Shown here in pieces: positions 25,651 to 25,819 of a DNA stretch of 25,819 nucleotides. Numbering within the stretch: the first letter of the stretch is position 1; each line of letters starts with the position of its first letter. A program made the position numbers and the translations under genes. Source of the stretch: a virus (Duplodnaviria > Caudoviricetes); the IMG/VR virus record IMGVR_UViG_3300037462_000286, positions 1-25,819 of that record, one strand, 5' to 3'. A model generated the notes under the pieces. The model had not been told where the DNA came from. It saw only the letters and a list, made by a program, of their open reading frames with translations, and ran no database searches.

Positions 25651-25673
25651 GGAGAAAAATTTTGGGCCGGGGC

Positions 25674-25700
25674 AAAAAAAAGCCCCCGCCGGGCGGGCCT
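25674..25700 (-). terminator. Intrinsic terminator for the incoming leftward gene
   Basis: GC hairpin CCCGC-CCG-GCGGG followed by T8 on the minus strand. Confidence 0.65.
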
Positions 25701-25729
25701 GGGCCTTAAGGCTTAAATCTAGTTACATG

Positions 25730-25819
25730 TTACCTGCCATTTAAGACAGCACCCAACGGATTGAACACTCTGACAAATTTTGTACGTTGTTCTTGTTCTT
25801 TTATTTCGCTGACAAATTT
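25730..25819 (-). CDS. Partial CDS, 3' end only
   Basis: Open frame KFVSEIKEQEQRTKFVRVFNPLGAVLNGR* running in from the window edge and ending just before a terminator. Confidence 0.4.
   Translation of the reverse strand, partial: KFVSEIKEQEQRTKFVRVFNPLGAVLNGR

Larger units (their letters stand above)
1..25819. mobile_element. Siphovirus-like phage/prophage genome segment, probable Bacteroidota host
   Basis: Complete ordered head-neck-tail module; no host housekeeping genes in the window. Confidence 0.95.

Noticed and set aside
1-25819. Stop-codon recoding, tRNA genes or CRISPR arrays
   Set aside because: Genes tile densely under the standard bacterial code, and I saw no cloverleaf or repeat-spacer pattern by eye

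Overview
The window is most of a siphovirus-like (Caudoviricetes) phage or prophage genome. The host is probably Bacteroidota: there are TTTG-N20-TAnnTTTG promoters, A-rich leaders with no Shine-Dalgarno sequence, and a signal peptide followed by Gln. From left to right it holds small leftward genes including a pentapeptide-repeat protein, then divergent promoters with an HTH regulator, then a GIY-YIG nuclease with m5C and m6A methyltransferases. An inverted DUF1353 plus holin-like pair follows, then terminase, an HK97-type head, neck, tail tube, chaperones and tape measure. After these come tail-tip proteins (FN3, LamG), an M15 endolysin, a Sec-signal beta-helix/FN3 protein, and small leftward genes with a regulatory region. 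I recognised no integrase, replication gene, spanin, tRNA or CRISPR. The most unusual aspects are the non-canonical lysis/export genes and the nuclease plus two-methylase cassette. All family calls come from reading motifs by eye; no searches were run.
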